The notes below the pieces were generated by a model, which did no database searches, was not told the DNA's origin, and worked only from the letters and a program-made list of their open reading frames with translations. The position numbers were made by a program, and so were the translations under genes. A stretch of 64,000 nucleotides of DNA from an uncultured Bacteriovoracaceae bacterium (GTDB taxonomy: Bacteria; Bdellovibrionota; Bacteriovoracia; Bacteriovoracales; Bacteriovoracaceae): the NCBI GenBank assembly GCA_964012805.1, contig CAXGUD010000008.1:60067-124066 (forward strand), in the 5' to 3' direction. Positions within the stretch are counted from its first letter, which is position 1; every line of letters begins with the position of its first letter. This document shows, one piece after another, positions 38,285 through 47,512 of the stretch.

Positions 38285-39496
38285 TTGAAATTCAATTATT
38301 CTAAAGACGATATATGGTCATTAATTCCTTTGAAAAAAGAAAGGTCTTTTATTCATTTTTCAAAACCTTCCAAGGTTTTTGTGTACACAAAAAAAGTAAA
38401 AAGAAGCCTTTTAAGTGGCTTTGAGGAATGCGTTTCCCTTTCTGAAATAAGAGATACTTTTCGTAAACTTTCTCTGAAAGATAGTTGTGAAAAGCCCGTT
38501 TTATTTCACCTTTTTTATGAGGCACATTGTATTTTTGATGAGAACCTTGATCACATATCAGAAAATGATATTTTGTTAATCGAGCTTCATTTTGAAAAAG
38601 CAATTTCTATTAAGCTTTCCCAAGAGGATTCATTTAAAAAGAAAATAAACCTAAAGAGAGTAAAATCGGACCTCACTTTTAAAAATTATGATAAGTCTTT
38701 TAATAAAGTATATGAACACCTTTTAAGGGGGGATTGTTACCAAATTAATCTGACTTTTCCATCTCTTTTTAGTTTCAATAAAGAAGTAGAACCTCATAAT
38801 TTTGTTAAAAACCTTTGGAAGAATAGTGAAGCAATAGGTGACTATGGTCATTGTACTTGGCTAGGCCCTTTGAATAGACTTTTATTAAGTAATACTCCGG
38901 AGTGTTTATTCCATCTAAAAAAGAAAGGAGATGATTTAAACATATATAGTATGCCTATAAAGGGAAGCCTAAAAATTTCTAAAGAAAAGGATAAGAAAAA
39001 GGACTGGGAAAAGTTACAAAGTTCGAAAAAGGACCAAGGCGAGCTTTTTATGATCTCGGATATGTTGAGAAATGACTTATCTAAAATTAATAACCCCTAT
39101 TCTCGTGTTATCAAAAAAAAGATACCTTTGTGGGTGCCTGGGATCCTTCATCAATACTCCCTAATAGAAGTAAGTTTAGAAAAAAGTACCTCTCTCTTTG
39201 ATGTTTTGAATGCGGTTTTTCCGGGTGGAAGTATAACGGGTGCTCCAAAAAAGAAAGTTATTGGCCTTCTTAAAAAACTTGAATCTCCTAACCCTAGGGG
39301 GTTTTATTGTGGATCTACAATTCTTTTGCACAAATCAATGATCGCAGCTTCTATAAATATTCGTTCTTCTGATATTTGTTTTGAAAAAAAGAGTTTAAAG
39401 TACTCGACAGGCAGTGGAATTACTTTATTGAGTAATTCAAAGGAAGAATTTAAAGAGTTGGAACTCAAAGAAAGTAGCGTCTTGGGTCTCTTTTAG
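38285..39496 (+). CDS. chorismate-binding enzyme (PabB/TrpE component I family)
   Basis: GDCYQINL, TPECLF, PIKGS, KDQGELFMISDMLRNDL, FPGGSITGAPK, RGFYCG. Confidence 0.85.
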   Translation: MKFNYSKDDIWSLIPLKKERSFIHFSKPSKVFVYTKKVKRSLLSGFEECVSLSEIRDTFRKLSLKDSCEKPVLFHLFYEAHCIFDENLDHISENDILLIELHFEKAISIKLSQEDSFKKKINLKRVKSDLTFKNYDKSFNKVYEHLLRGDCYQINLTFPSLFSFNKEVEPHNFVKNLWKNSEAIGDYGHCTWLGPLNRLLLSNTPECLFHLKKKGDDLNIYSMPIKGSLKISKEKDKKKDWEKLQSSKKDQGELFMISDMLRNDLSKINNPYSRVIKKKIPLWVPGILHQYSLIEVSLEKSTSLFDVLNAVFPGGSITGAPKKKVIGLLKKLESPNPRGFYCGSTILLHKSMIAASINIRSSDICFEKKSLKYSTGSGITLLSNSKEEFKELELKESSVLGLF

Positions 39497-39570
39497 ACTT
39501 CGCTGGGAAACGAGAAAAAATTGACACATCTTAAAATTCCTTACAATGCACCTCGTATTGATTCATAAAT

Positions 39571-39600
39571 TTGACAGTTTTTGATTCTTATCGTTATGAT
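39571..39600 (+). promoter_or_regulatory. sigma70-like promoter
   Basis: TTGACA-N18-TATGAT upstream of the 39659 ORF; a second TTGACA-N15-TACAAT lies at 39521-39547. Confidence 0.5.
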
Positions 39601-39658
39601 CAACTTGACGCTTGGTGAAAGTAAGAAACCTAGGAATTGGTTTTAAGATTACAAAGGA

Positions 39659-39916
39659 GTGTATATGGATATCCCAAGTAAGGACATTAAGAATGCCTTG
39701 AATGGAAATTGCGCTTTAAAAATAGATGACCGCCAAGAAAAAATTCAAATGAGCTCCCTCTCAAATCTTACTGGCTTTCCAGTTGATTACATAAAAAAAG
39801 AATTAGTGTTGGATGAAGAAGAAGTGACTCTTGAGCAATTAAGAGAGCATATGATGGTTTTTTTAAACTCCAACTTCGAAGGATCCATTCCGGATATAAA
39901 CACGGAAAATCAGTAG
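39659..39916 (+). CDS. small hypothetical protein
   Basis: 85 aa; AAGGAG RBS, real start probably ATG at 39665. Confidence 0.7.
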   Translation: MYMDIPSKDIKNALNGNCALKIDDRQEKIQMSSLSNLTGFPVDYIKKELVLDEEEVTLEQLREHMMVFLNSNFEGSIPDINTENQ

Positions 39917-39994
39917 ATTTTAAAAATAACCTGTCATATTTACTTGCATTTCACATAGGCAAAAGTTGCCTCTCATAATGTTCAATGAAAAAAA

Positions 39995-40021
39995 TTAATT
40001 GTTTCTCATTGGTTCCGATTA
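39995..40021 (+). promoter_or_regulatory. sigma28 (FliA)-like promoter of motAB
   Basis: TTAA-N15-TCCGATTA versus consensus TAAA-N15-GCCGATAA, upstream of a flagellar stator operon. Confidence 0.5.
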
Positions 40022-40052
40022 GAGGGATAGGAACTAATTTAGAGGAACTACT

Positions 40053-40817
40053 ATGGATATATCCACAGTCATTGGTTTAGTTGTTTGTATAGCAGCCGTT
40101 TTAGGGACGATCTTAACAGCTTCAGGTCTTGGGGCTTTTATTGATATACCCAGTCTTCTGACAGTTGTTTTTGGAATGGTTGGGGCCACATTTATTAAAT
40201 GGCCTTTAGAGGTTGTTCTCTCTATTCCAACTTTTTTCTTAAAGGCAATCTTTTTTTCTCCGGCGGATCCAAAATCTACAATTGATGAGATTGGAAATTT
40301 AGCTGAGACTGCAAGGAGAGAGTCTATTTTTGCCCTTGAAAAGGTTCCTATTGACGACCCTTTCTTAAAAAAAGCGATGACCCTAGCTGCTGATAACCGT
40401 CCTCCTGAAGTCATAAGTGCAATTTTACAACTTGAAATTGATGCCATGGTTGAAAGACATAGGATGGGTTCTGACCTTTTTGGCGGAGTTGCTGAAGATG
40501 GCCCGGCTTTTGGAATGATTGGAACACTTATTGGTTTGGTTATCATGCTTGGTAACTTACAAGACCAGTCAGCTATTGGACCTGCTATGGCCATTGCACT
40601 TTTGACTACATTTTATGGCTCATTGATTGCAAACATTGCAGGTAACCCTATTAAATCGAAGCTTGCCTTTAGGTCAAAGCAAGAGGCAACTAAAATGTCC
40701 ATCATAATTGCTGGAACCCTAGGTATTGTGGCGGGTGAAAACCCAAGGCTTATTAAAGAAAAACTAAGTTCGTTTCTTCCTCCAGCTCAAAGAGAAGTTG
40801 AGGATGCTGGAGAATAA
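40053..40817 (+). CDS. motA: flagellar stator protein MotA/PomA
   Basis: MDISTVIGL, GPAFGMIGTLIGLVIML, IGPAMAIALLTTFYG, GENPR. Confidence 0.93.
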   Translation: MDISTVIGLVVCIAAVLGTILTASGLGAFIDIPSLLTVVFGMVGATFIKWPLEVVLSIPTFFLKAIFFSPADPKSTIDEIGNLAETARRESIFALEKVPIDDPFLKKAMTLAADNRPPEVISAILQLEIDAMVERHRMGSDLFGGVAEDGPAFGMIGTLIGLVIMLGNLQDQSAIGPAMAIALLTTFYGSLIANIAGNPIKSKLAFRSKQEATKMSIIIAGTLGIVAGENPRLIKEKLSSFLPPAQREVEDAGE

Positions 40818-40833
40818 GTTAAGGATTTAAGGT

Positions 40834-41700
40834 ATGGCAGAAGAAGCAGAAGGAGAAGAAGGAGCAGGCGGCGGAGACGGTGGAGGCTCAGAAGAGCCGG
40901 AGTGTCCGGAATGTGAGATATGTGTTCCCGGTCTTCCTGGATGGATGGGTACATTTTCAGATCTTGTAACACTTCTTTTGACATTTTTTGTCCTTCTTCT
41001 TTCATTTGCGAAGACTGAGTCAGCGAAGTATGAAGCAGCTTTGGGTTCTTTAAGAAATACTTTTGGTGGAAATGTTTTAAAACATGGTGAAATTATTCAT
41101 CGAGGTAAATCTGCCGACAATGCACCTACCATGATTGAAGCTGAACAACCGGTTAAACCTTTTCCTATCGATTTCTTAACAATGGAAGGATTATTAAACA
41201 AGCATGAGGTTAATAGAGAATCTGATGAAGTTCTCAATGTGATGAAACAAGACTTAAGAGAATATTCTCTTACCGATAATGCAGAGATTTATGAATTACC
41301 AGAGGGAATTAAGGTAAGAATAAAGGATCGTATTTTATTCAAGAAAGGGTCTATAAAGATCCAACAGATTTCAATAGAAGTCTTTGATAGATTAGTACAG
41401 CTTTTAAGAGCAAAGGATTGGAATATATTTGTCGAGGGTCACGCTAGCCTTGGTGAGACTTCGCTAGACGGAAAGTTGGATGCCTTTAACCTTTCTTCTT
41501 ACAGAGCTGCAGGGGTTACAAGGGCCTTAATAAAAAGAGGAGTTAGACCATCAAAGATAAGCACTGTATTTTATGGAGATACGAGGCTTTTCCGTTATAA
41601 TGATGGTGGACAACCAGATCAAGTCCAAAGTCGGCGGGTAGAATTTTTACTAAGAAAAACCGATTTGAGGACACCAGGTAAAAAGGTTGAATCACAATAA
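40834..41700 (+). CDS. motB: flagellar stator protein MotB/PomB
   Basis: WMGTFSDLVTLLLTFFVLL TM with essential Asp; OmpA-like C-terminus (VEGHA, LSSYRA, SRRVEF). Confidence 0.92.
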   Translation: MAEEAEGEEGAGGGDGGGSEEPECPECEICVPGLPGWMGTFSDLVTLLLTFFVLLLSFAKTESAKYEAALGSLRNTFGGNVLKHGEIIHRGKSADNAPTMIEAEQPVKPFPIDFLTMEGLLNKHEVNRESDEVLNVMKQDLREYSLTDNAEIYELPEGIKVRIKDRILFKKGSIKIQQISIEVFDRLVQLLRAKDWNIFVEGHASLGETSLDGKLDAFNLSSYRAAGVTRALIKRGVRPSKISTVFYGDTRLFRYNDGGQPDQVQSRRVEFLLRKTDLRTPGKKVESQ

Positions 41701-41726
41701 GTAAAGTATTTTATATTTGGAAAAGT

Positions 41727-42652
41727 ATGAGTTTAGAAAAAGAAATAAAATTATCAGTATTACAAACATATGAGACTTTTGAAGACTTATTGTTAAATTT
41801 ATTTGGAGCTTCGAGAAGAGAAATTAAGAAGTTCATTTTAAATAAGAAAGTTCTAAAAAAAAAATCATTGCTAAATCAGAAGTAAGTCTTCCCATTGATA
41901 TTGTAAATAGAAAAATGATTTACCCCATCTATGAGGGACCAAAGATCGATGTTCTTTATGAAGACTCTAATTGTATTATTCTGAATAAATCGCCAAGTAC
42001 CCATTCTCATCCATTGAAGTATAACGAAAAAGATAATTGCCTAAGTTTTTTAAGAGAAAATAATTACTTCGAAGCTTTAAAAGTAAATGAATATAATATG
42101 GATAGAGGTTTATTGTATCGTCTTGATTATGGAACATCAGGCGTTTTGATTTTGGTTAAAAAGGAAAAGGATTACTTATGGTTAAGAGAAAAATTTAATA
42201 ATTTAGTTAAAGAAAAATCTTACTTATCTATTGTGGAAGGAAATTTTAAAGGTGAGGGTGAATATAACTCTTTCCTGCGTCCTTCATTAAAGCATGGAAA
42301 AAAAATGGTTGTTTCTGATCACAAAGAAAGAAAATTCATTAAAGAAACTATGGAAGGTAAGATATTGATAAAGAAAATTCATTATAACTCTGAAAAAAAC
42401 TGTTCACTTCTAATGGTAAAGTTGAAAACAGGTCTTAGGCATCAAATAAGAGCTCAGTTATCTTATTTAGGTTATCCTATCCTAGGAGATGAATTGTATG
42501 GAGGAAGTTCTTCATTAAGAATTTTTTTGCATGCCTTTTATTATGAAATTCCTTTAAAAGAAGGGGTGATTATAAAAGGAAAAGCTAGAAATGCTTATTT
42601 ATTTGATAAGTTCTTTAACCTTGACCGTTTTTTTGAAGTGATTAAGGATTAG
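41727..42652 (+). CDS. RluA-family pseudouridine synthase, split by a frameshift in an A10 tract
   Basis: 41915-42652 has NKSP, YRLDYGTSG, TGLRHQIRAQL, PILGDELYG; upstream ATG 41727 ORF (52 aa) joins it by a -1 shift at A10 (41855-41864). Confidence 0.8.
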
Positions 42653-43093
42653 CCTTTTATTTTTCATTGTTGTGAATTTAACTAAATCGTCTCCGAAAAT
42701 AGCTGCTTTAATAATAATCTTTTCTGAATTAACGATAAAACGTGCTAAGGTAACATTTTCTAATGTATCGACAGGAGAACTTTTCGCCGTAAAAATAATA
42801 TCATTAGCTAGTTCTCTATAAAGGTATGCCTGAAAGTTTTTTTGATTCTTTAAACTTTTAAGAGACTTCTCTATTTCAATTGTTAGAATATTTTTTTCAC
42901 AAGAGGTTGACCAATTTTTTGGGACTCGACGTTTTAAGTTTACAAGGACAGCTCTGCAAGAGGTTGCTTTCAGAATCTCTGCTTTTTCAGATAAATTAAT
43001 TATTTTTTTTTCTTCCAATTGATGAATTAGAAGATATGTAAGGAGGAAGGCGATAGGCAAAATAGGTTTTTTAATTAATTTGTTTATAAACAT
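42599..43093 (-). CDS. hypothetical membrane-anchored protein
   Basis: 164 aa with N-terminal TM and two Cys; 3' end overlaps the rluA-like gene by 54 nt. Confidence 0.65.
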   Translation of the reverse strand: MFINKLIKKPILPIAFLLTYLLIHQLEEKKIINLSEKAEILKATSCRAVLVNLKRRVPKNWSTSCEKNILTIEIEKSLKSLKNQKNFQAYLYRELANDIIFTAKSSPVDTLENVTLARFIVNSEKIIIKAAIFGDDLVKFTTMKNKRLILNHFKKTVKVKELIK

Positions 43094-43193
43094 AGATTTA
43101 TTATGGCAGGTCGTAATAGAAAAATCACTAAAGTAAGAAAAAAAAATAGCCGACAGATTTAGTCAGAGTGTCCATCAGAAAGGTAAGGTCTAA

Positions 43194-44156
43194 ATGTTAG
43201 AAAATTTCTCATATGAAAAGTCTTTTTGGAAAGTTTTAACTTACTTGGATAATCTTGAGGAAGAAATTACAGTAGAGGATTTGGCGATTCTTTTAGGCAT
43301 AGAAAAGGATTTAGTTTTTCGAGGGATTCAATTCTTTGAAAGGTTTAATATTGAATATAAGTGTGTAAGAAGAGGGTCAAAAACTATTATTTACCCATTC
43401 CCAAGTCAAATTAATATGTCTATATCCCTCTCTTTGACTGAATGGCTATCATTGGAAAATTACCTACCTAAAAATGGATTTGAAAGTTCAAACTTTACAG
43501 TAAATAAGAGTAATGGAAGCCATAAAAATATTCAAAAAAACTTTTTTGAAATACTTAATTTTGAAAAAAAGAAAGAAAAGTTGATTAGTAAAATCAGGTC
43601 TGATTGTAAAGAACACTATGAAGTCATTAGCTCCATTGAAAAGGCCCTTAGAGATGGTTCTTGGGTAAATGTTGAGCTTCTTAATTCAAATAAAGAAGAA
43701 ATTTTTCCAAGAAGCTTGAGCTATGTTGATGGAAATCTTCACTTTATAGGTGAAGAGAAAAAAGATAGATGTCTTGTTTATGTAAACACAAAGGAAATTC
43801 AATCAATTAATTTAATTTGTGGAGAAGATTATAAAAAGAACTTCTCCCTGAAAGAGGTTAATGACTTTATAAACTCACTTAGGCACATGGGGGGTAAAGA
43901 GTTAAGAGTTGTTTTAAAGTTTTATACTAATGACGTGAACTTAACTCCCCCAATAAACTTTTACGATCAGCCTTACGTTACCTACTCATCTGATGGAAGC
44001 TTGATTTGGTCTGCTTCCTTGGAGCTGGGGAATGATTTATTTGAGTGGCTATTAAAAAATGATAATCAAGTAGAAATTATCGATCCGTTTTTTTTAAGAA
44101 AAGAACTTGATGATTACAAAAACCATAAACTGAAAGATAGCAAAAAAGCATCTTAA
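43194..44156 (+). CDS. WYL-domain transcriptional regulator (wHTH-WYL-WCX)
   Basis: N-terminal HTH (ITVEDLAILLGI), SLSLTEWLSL, IFPRSLSYVDGNLHFIG WYL-like region, C-terminal WLLKNDNQVEIIDPFFLRKEL (WCX). Confidence 0.8.
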   Translation: MLENFSYEKSFWKVLTYLDNLEEEITVEDLAILLGIEKDLVFRGIQFFERFNIEYKCVRRGSKTIIYPFPSQINMSISLSLTEWLSLENYLPKNGFESSNFTVNKSNGSHKNIQKNFFEILNFEKKKEKLISKIRSDCKEHYEVISSIEKALRDGSWVNVELLNSNKEEIFPRSLSYVDGNLHFIGEEKKDRCLVYVNTKEIQSINLICGEDYKKNFSLKEVNDFINSLRHMGGKELRVVLKFYTNDVNLTPPINFYDQPYVTYSSDGSLIWSASLELGNDLFEWLLKNDNQVEIIDPFFLRKELDDYKNHKLKDSKKAS

Positions 44157-44202
44157 AAATTAAATAATTCCTTCAATGCTTTTCATGATGACCTGTAATT
44201 AT

Positions 44203-44223
44203 GAAGGCCAGGGGCTGGCCTTC
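44203..44223. terminator. hairpin between convergent genes (probable bidirectional terminator)
   Basis: GAAGGCCAG-GGG-CTGGCCTTC perfect 9-bp stem. Confidence 0.6.
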
Positions 44224-44245
44224 TCTAAAAGAAATATTTTCAAGA

Positions 44246-44629
44246 TTATTGTACGAGTGGAGCTTCTGATTGTGACTGAGAGGAAAGGAAGTTTGTTTCG
44301 CTTATTTCCTCTGATTCACTAGTTCCTTCAAGTTCTTTAATATAACCAGTAAAAGTACCTTCTTTTGATCTAATAATTTTGTTTAAGAATGCCGTGTCGC
44401 CCTCTGCTCCAGCTTTCTTCTCTTTTTCATGAAGAACTTGCATAAGAGTTTTATATGTAATTTCAGTATTCGTCTTTTTTTCGATGACCTCTACATCAGA
44501 GCCTTCTTTAATAATTTGCGCAAGCTCGTGAAGTGTAACATAACAACTACCCTGAGTGTCATAAAGTTTCCTGTTAGAGTACCTCTTAATGATTCTAGTC
44601 TGAGTGCTTTGTGTGTCCATATGTCTCAC
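44246..44629 (-). CDS. PhaR-type (PHB accumulation regulator) DNA-binding domain protein
   Basis: RIIKRYSNRKLYDTQGSCYVTLHELAQII...TNTEITYKTLMQV. Confidence 0.85.
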   Translation of the reverse strand: MRHMDTQSTQTRIIKRYSNRKLYDTQGSCYVTLHELAQIIKEGSDVEVIEKKTNTEITYKTLMQVLHEKEKKAGAEGDTAFLNKIIRSKEGTFTGYIKELEGTSESEEISETNFLSSQSQSEAPLVQ

Positions 44630-44807
44630 TTCCCCTTAAAAGATTTGTAATTTTCCTAGAGGTATTAATGACATAATTGGATTGAGTAATGCAAGAGGAA
44701 AGGTCAATAATACTGCCTTTATATTTGTTTTTTCTTTTTTTTTAATATTTTGCAAGATTAATTTGGTTGTGCGGCTAAAGGTACTTTTCGTCAAAATGAA
44801 TGTATTT

Positions 44808-45878
44808 TTATTCCATTAATTGGGTCTGAGTTTTTACCGACGCAGCATGGATGATTTGGAAAATTTCATCAACATAATCTTCGGGAAGGTTGATTTCATT
44901 TCCCCAAAGGACTCTTTGATCAATTAATTGATCCAATCTGCTTTTTTGAAGAGCAGTAATATTTTTTTTAACTTTTTCTTTACCTATATCATGAACAATA
45001 TTCATTCTAACCTTGAGGATGTCCAAGAGCTCTTTGTCTAAGGCATCAATTTTAGAGCGTAGTGAGCTTAATTTGTCACCAAAGCATTGGTCGTTGGTAA
45101 ATTCTTTTCTGTAGTGAAGCATTTGGAGAATCTCTTCCAAATGTTTTGGTGTGACTTGCTGTTTGCGATCACTTAAAGCGCTATCTGGGTCAGGATGGGT
45201 CTCAATCATTAACCCTTCCATGGCCATATCAAAAGCTTTTTGGCCAATATCAAGTATTTTGCCTCTATCTCCTGTGATATGACTCGGATCGCAAATTAAA
45301 GGAAGTCCTGGTACTTTTTGTCTGATTTCAATGGGAATTTTCCAGTAAGGCTCATTTCTGTATTGGGATGGCCTTGCCGTAGAAAAACCCCTATGAATGC
45401 CTACTAATTTAGTGATTCCCTTATTTAAAAACCTTTCAATTGCCCCCACCCATAGTGAAAGGTCCGCATTGATTGGATTCTTTATCATGACAGGAGTATC
45501 TTTTCCTTCAAGAGAATCAGCTATGTTTTGTATAAGAAAAGGGTTTACAGTTGTGCGTGCGCCGACCCAAAGGATATCCACATCGTGATCGAGGCAAGCT
45601 TTTACGTGATCAGGGTTGGCCACCTCAGTGCAAGTAAGAAGCCCGGTTTCTTTTTTCACCTTCTGAAGCCATTTAAGACCCTTTATGCCAATCCCTTCAA
45701 AAGTATTTGGTCTGGTTCTAGGCTTCCATATACCGGCCCTAAAAACCTTTACCTTATTAATTTTTTTGACAGAGTGTGCAGTGGATAACACTTGTGCTTC
45801 AGTTTCAGCGCTACAAGGTCCAGCGATGACAAGGTAATCGTTAAATGGTAGCCATTGACTGATAGGTGTTATTTTCAC
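44808..45878 (-). CDS. bifunctional DAHP synthase (I-beta)/chorismate mutase
   Basis: IAGPCSAET, RAGIWKPRTRP, GARTTVNPF, DPSH, ETHPDPDSALSD; C-terminal AroQ LRSKIDALD. Confidence 0.9.
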   Translation of the reverse strand: MKITPISQWLPFNDYLVIAGPCSAETEAQVLSTAHSVKKINKVKVFRAGIWKPRTRPNTFEGIGIKGLKWLQKVKKETGLLTCTEVANPDHVKACLDHDVDILWVGARTTVNPFLIQNIADSLEGKDTPVMIKNPINADLSLWVGAIERFLNKGITKLVGIHRGFSTARPSQYRNEPYWKIPIEIRQKVPGLPLICDPSHITGDRGKILDIGQKAFDMAMEGLMIETHPDPDSALSDRKQQVTPKHLEEILQMLHYRKEFTNDQCFGDKLSSLRSKIDALDKELLDILKVRMNIVHDIGKEKVKKNITALQKSRLDQLIDQRVLWGNEINLPEDYVDEIFQIIHAASVKTQTQLME

Positions 45879-45956
45879 GTATTAATTTCCTTCAACTAGT
45901 CGCGTTCATTTATAAAGGATTCATAGCGTCTTGAGAAGGGTTAAAAAGAGAATAGG

Positions 45957-46337
45957 TTGAAAGTTTATATGAAATATTTAAAGTCTCTCTCTGAAAAGTT
46001 CACAAAAAGGGTAATGGCTTGTCCTTCGTGTCAAAGGAAGATACGTATTCCAGTAAGGCCAGGAAAAACCTTGAGGGTAACCTGTCCAAGTTGCCTTTGT
46101 ATGTTTGATGTTTCTTTTAAAAATAAGTTTTTCTCAGGAAGCCAACAAAGTTTATTTATAGGTAAAATCAAACAAAAATTATTGAGTTTAAAAATAAATA
46201 AGATGAGCATCATAGGTTTATTTGCCGCTCTCATTTTGGGGCTTTATTTGATAAATTTTCTTTTATCTAAAGGAAGCCGCAACCAACTAGCTCAGCCTTT
46301 GCCTGAAGAAAATAACCAAATTTATAAGGAAATATAG
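45957..46337 (+). CDS. zinc-ribbon membrane protein
   Basis: CPSC...CPSC motif followed by a C-terminal TM helix. Confidence 0.7.
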   Translation: MKVYMKYLKSLSEKFTKRVMACPSCQRKIRIPVRPGKTLRVTCPSCLCMFDVSFKNKFFSGSQQSLFIGKIKQKLLSLKINKMSIIGLFAALILGLYLINFLLSKGSRNQLAQPLPEENNQIYKEI

Positions 46338-46346
46338 ACATCCCTA

Positions 46347-47339
46347 TCAAGTATTAATTATTTTTTCCCTACTTTTGAGAAGGTCGTAAAACTTCTCAGT
46401 GTACTCTAACAGCTTAGAAGTGATACCTGGTTCAGATACAGAATGACCTGCATCTTTGACGATATGAAAATCTGCTTCCGGCCACTTTTTGTGAAGTTCC
46501 CAGGCTGTTTTAGCAGGGCAAACTATATCGTATCGTCCTTGGATAATAACTGCAGGTATATGTCGGATAGAATCAATGTTGTCTAACAGTTGGTTTTCAT
46601 TTTCGAAAAAGCCCTTATGGTAAAAATAGTGGCATTCAATTCTAGCGAAGGCTTCAGCAAATTGGTCCTCGCCATAAGAGTCTATCGTATTAGAATCTTG
46701 AAACAGTTTGCTTGTAGAACCTTCCCATTGAGACCAAGCTTTGGCGCATGCTGACCTTTCTTCTTTTTTTTCAGAAGTTAACCTTTTGTAATACGCAGAT
46801 ATAAAGTCACTTCTTTCCTCTTGAGGAATAACTTGTTCATATTTCTCCCATTCATCTGGAAAGATATAGCTTGCACCTTCTTGGTAAAACCAACGAAGTT
46901 CTTTTGGCCTAAGCATAAAAATTCCCCTCAAAAAGAATGAGTCAACTGAGCTTGGATGTTTTTGACCATATGCCAAAGCCAAGGTAGATCCCCAGCTTCC
47001 ACCAAAAACAGACCAGCTTTTTATATCTAAATGAGTTCTAATTTTTTCTATATCTGCAACTAAATCCCATGTTGTATTTTCTTTCAATTCTGCAAAAGGT
47101 TCACTTTTTCCACATCCTCTTTGATCAAATAAAATGACACGCCATTTTGAAGGGTTAAAAAACCGTCTATAGTCAGGGGTTATACCACCACCAGGGCCAC
47201 CGTGAATAAATACAACAGGCTTTCCTTGAGGGTTACCAACTTCTTCAAAGTAGATATTGTGAATATCTGAAACTTTTAAAAATCCAGTATTGAAAGGGTC
47301 TATCTCAGGAAAGAGGGTTTTAGACATTTGCTGCTCCAC
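46347..47339 (-). CDS. pip: prolyl aminopeptidase
   Basis: HGGPGGG, FDQRGCGKS, GGSWGSTL, ARIECHYF, QGRYD, AGHS. Confidence 0.95.
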   Translation of the reverse strand: MEQQMSKTLFPEIDPFNTGFLKVSDIHNIYFEEVGNPQGKPVVFIHGGPGGGITPDYRRFFNPSKWRVILFDQRGCGKSEPFAELKENTTWDLVADIEKIRTHLDIKSWSVFGGSWGSTLALAYGQKHPSSVDSFFLRGIFMLRPKELRWFYQEGASYIFPDEWEKYEQVIPQEERSDFISAYYKRLTSEKKEERSACAKAWSQWEGSTSKLFQDSNTIDSYGEDQFAEAFARIECHYFYHKGFFENENQLLDNIDSIRHIPAVIIQGRYDIVCPAKTAWELHKKWPEADFHIVKDAGHSVSEPGITSKLLEYTEKFYDLLKSREKIINT

Positions 47340-47512
47340 TAAAAACGAAAAGATAATAAATCAAAGAACGAATATAGAGTATTGGTAGAAAGTTTAAAAG
47401 TATAAAAAAATAATTTTGCGTCATCTATTTTTCTAGAAAAAAAAATTATGTGTTTTGAGTTTTGTGGATGTGTAGTAAGAACAGTGCTTAAAAGTTTAAA
47501 GAAGGAATTAAA

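Noticed and set aside
40034..40594. 186-aa minus-strand ORF
   Set aside because: Antisense shadow of well-supported motA; no motifs.
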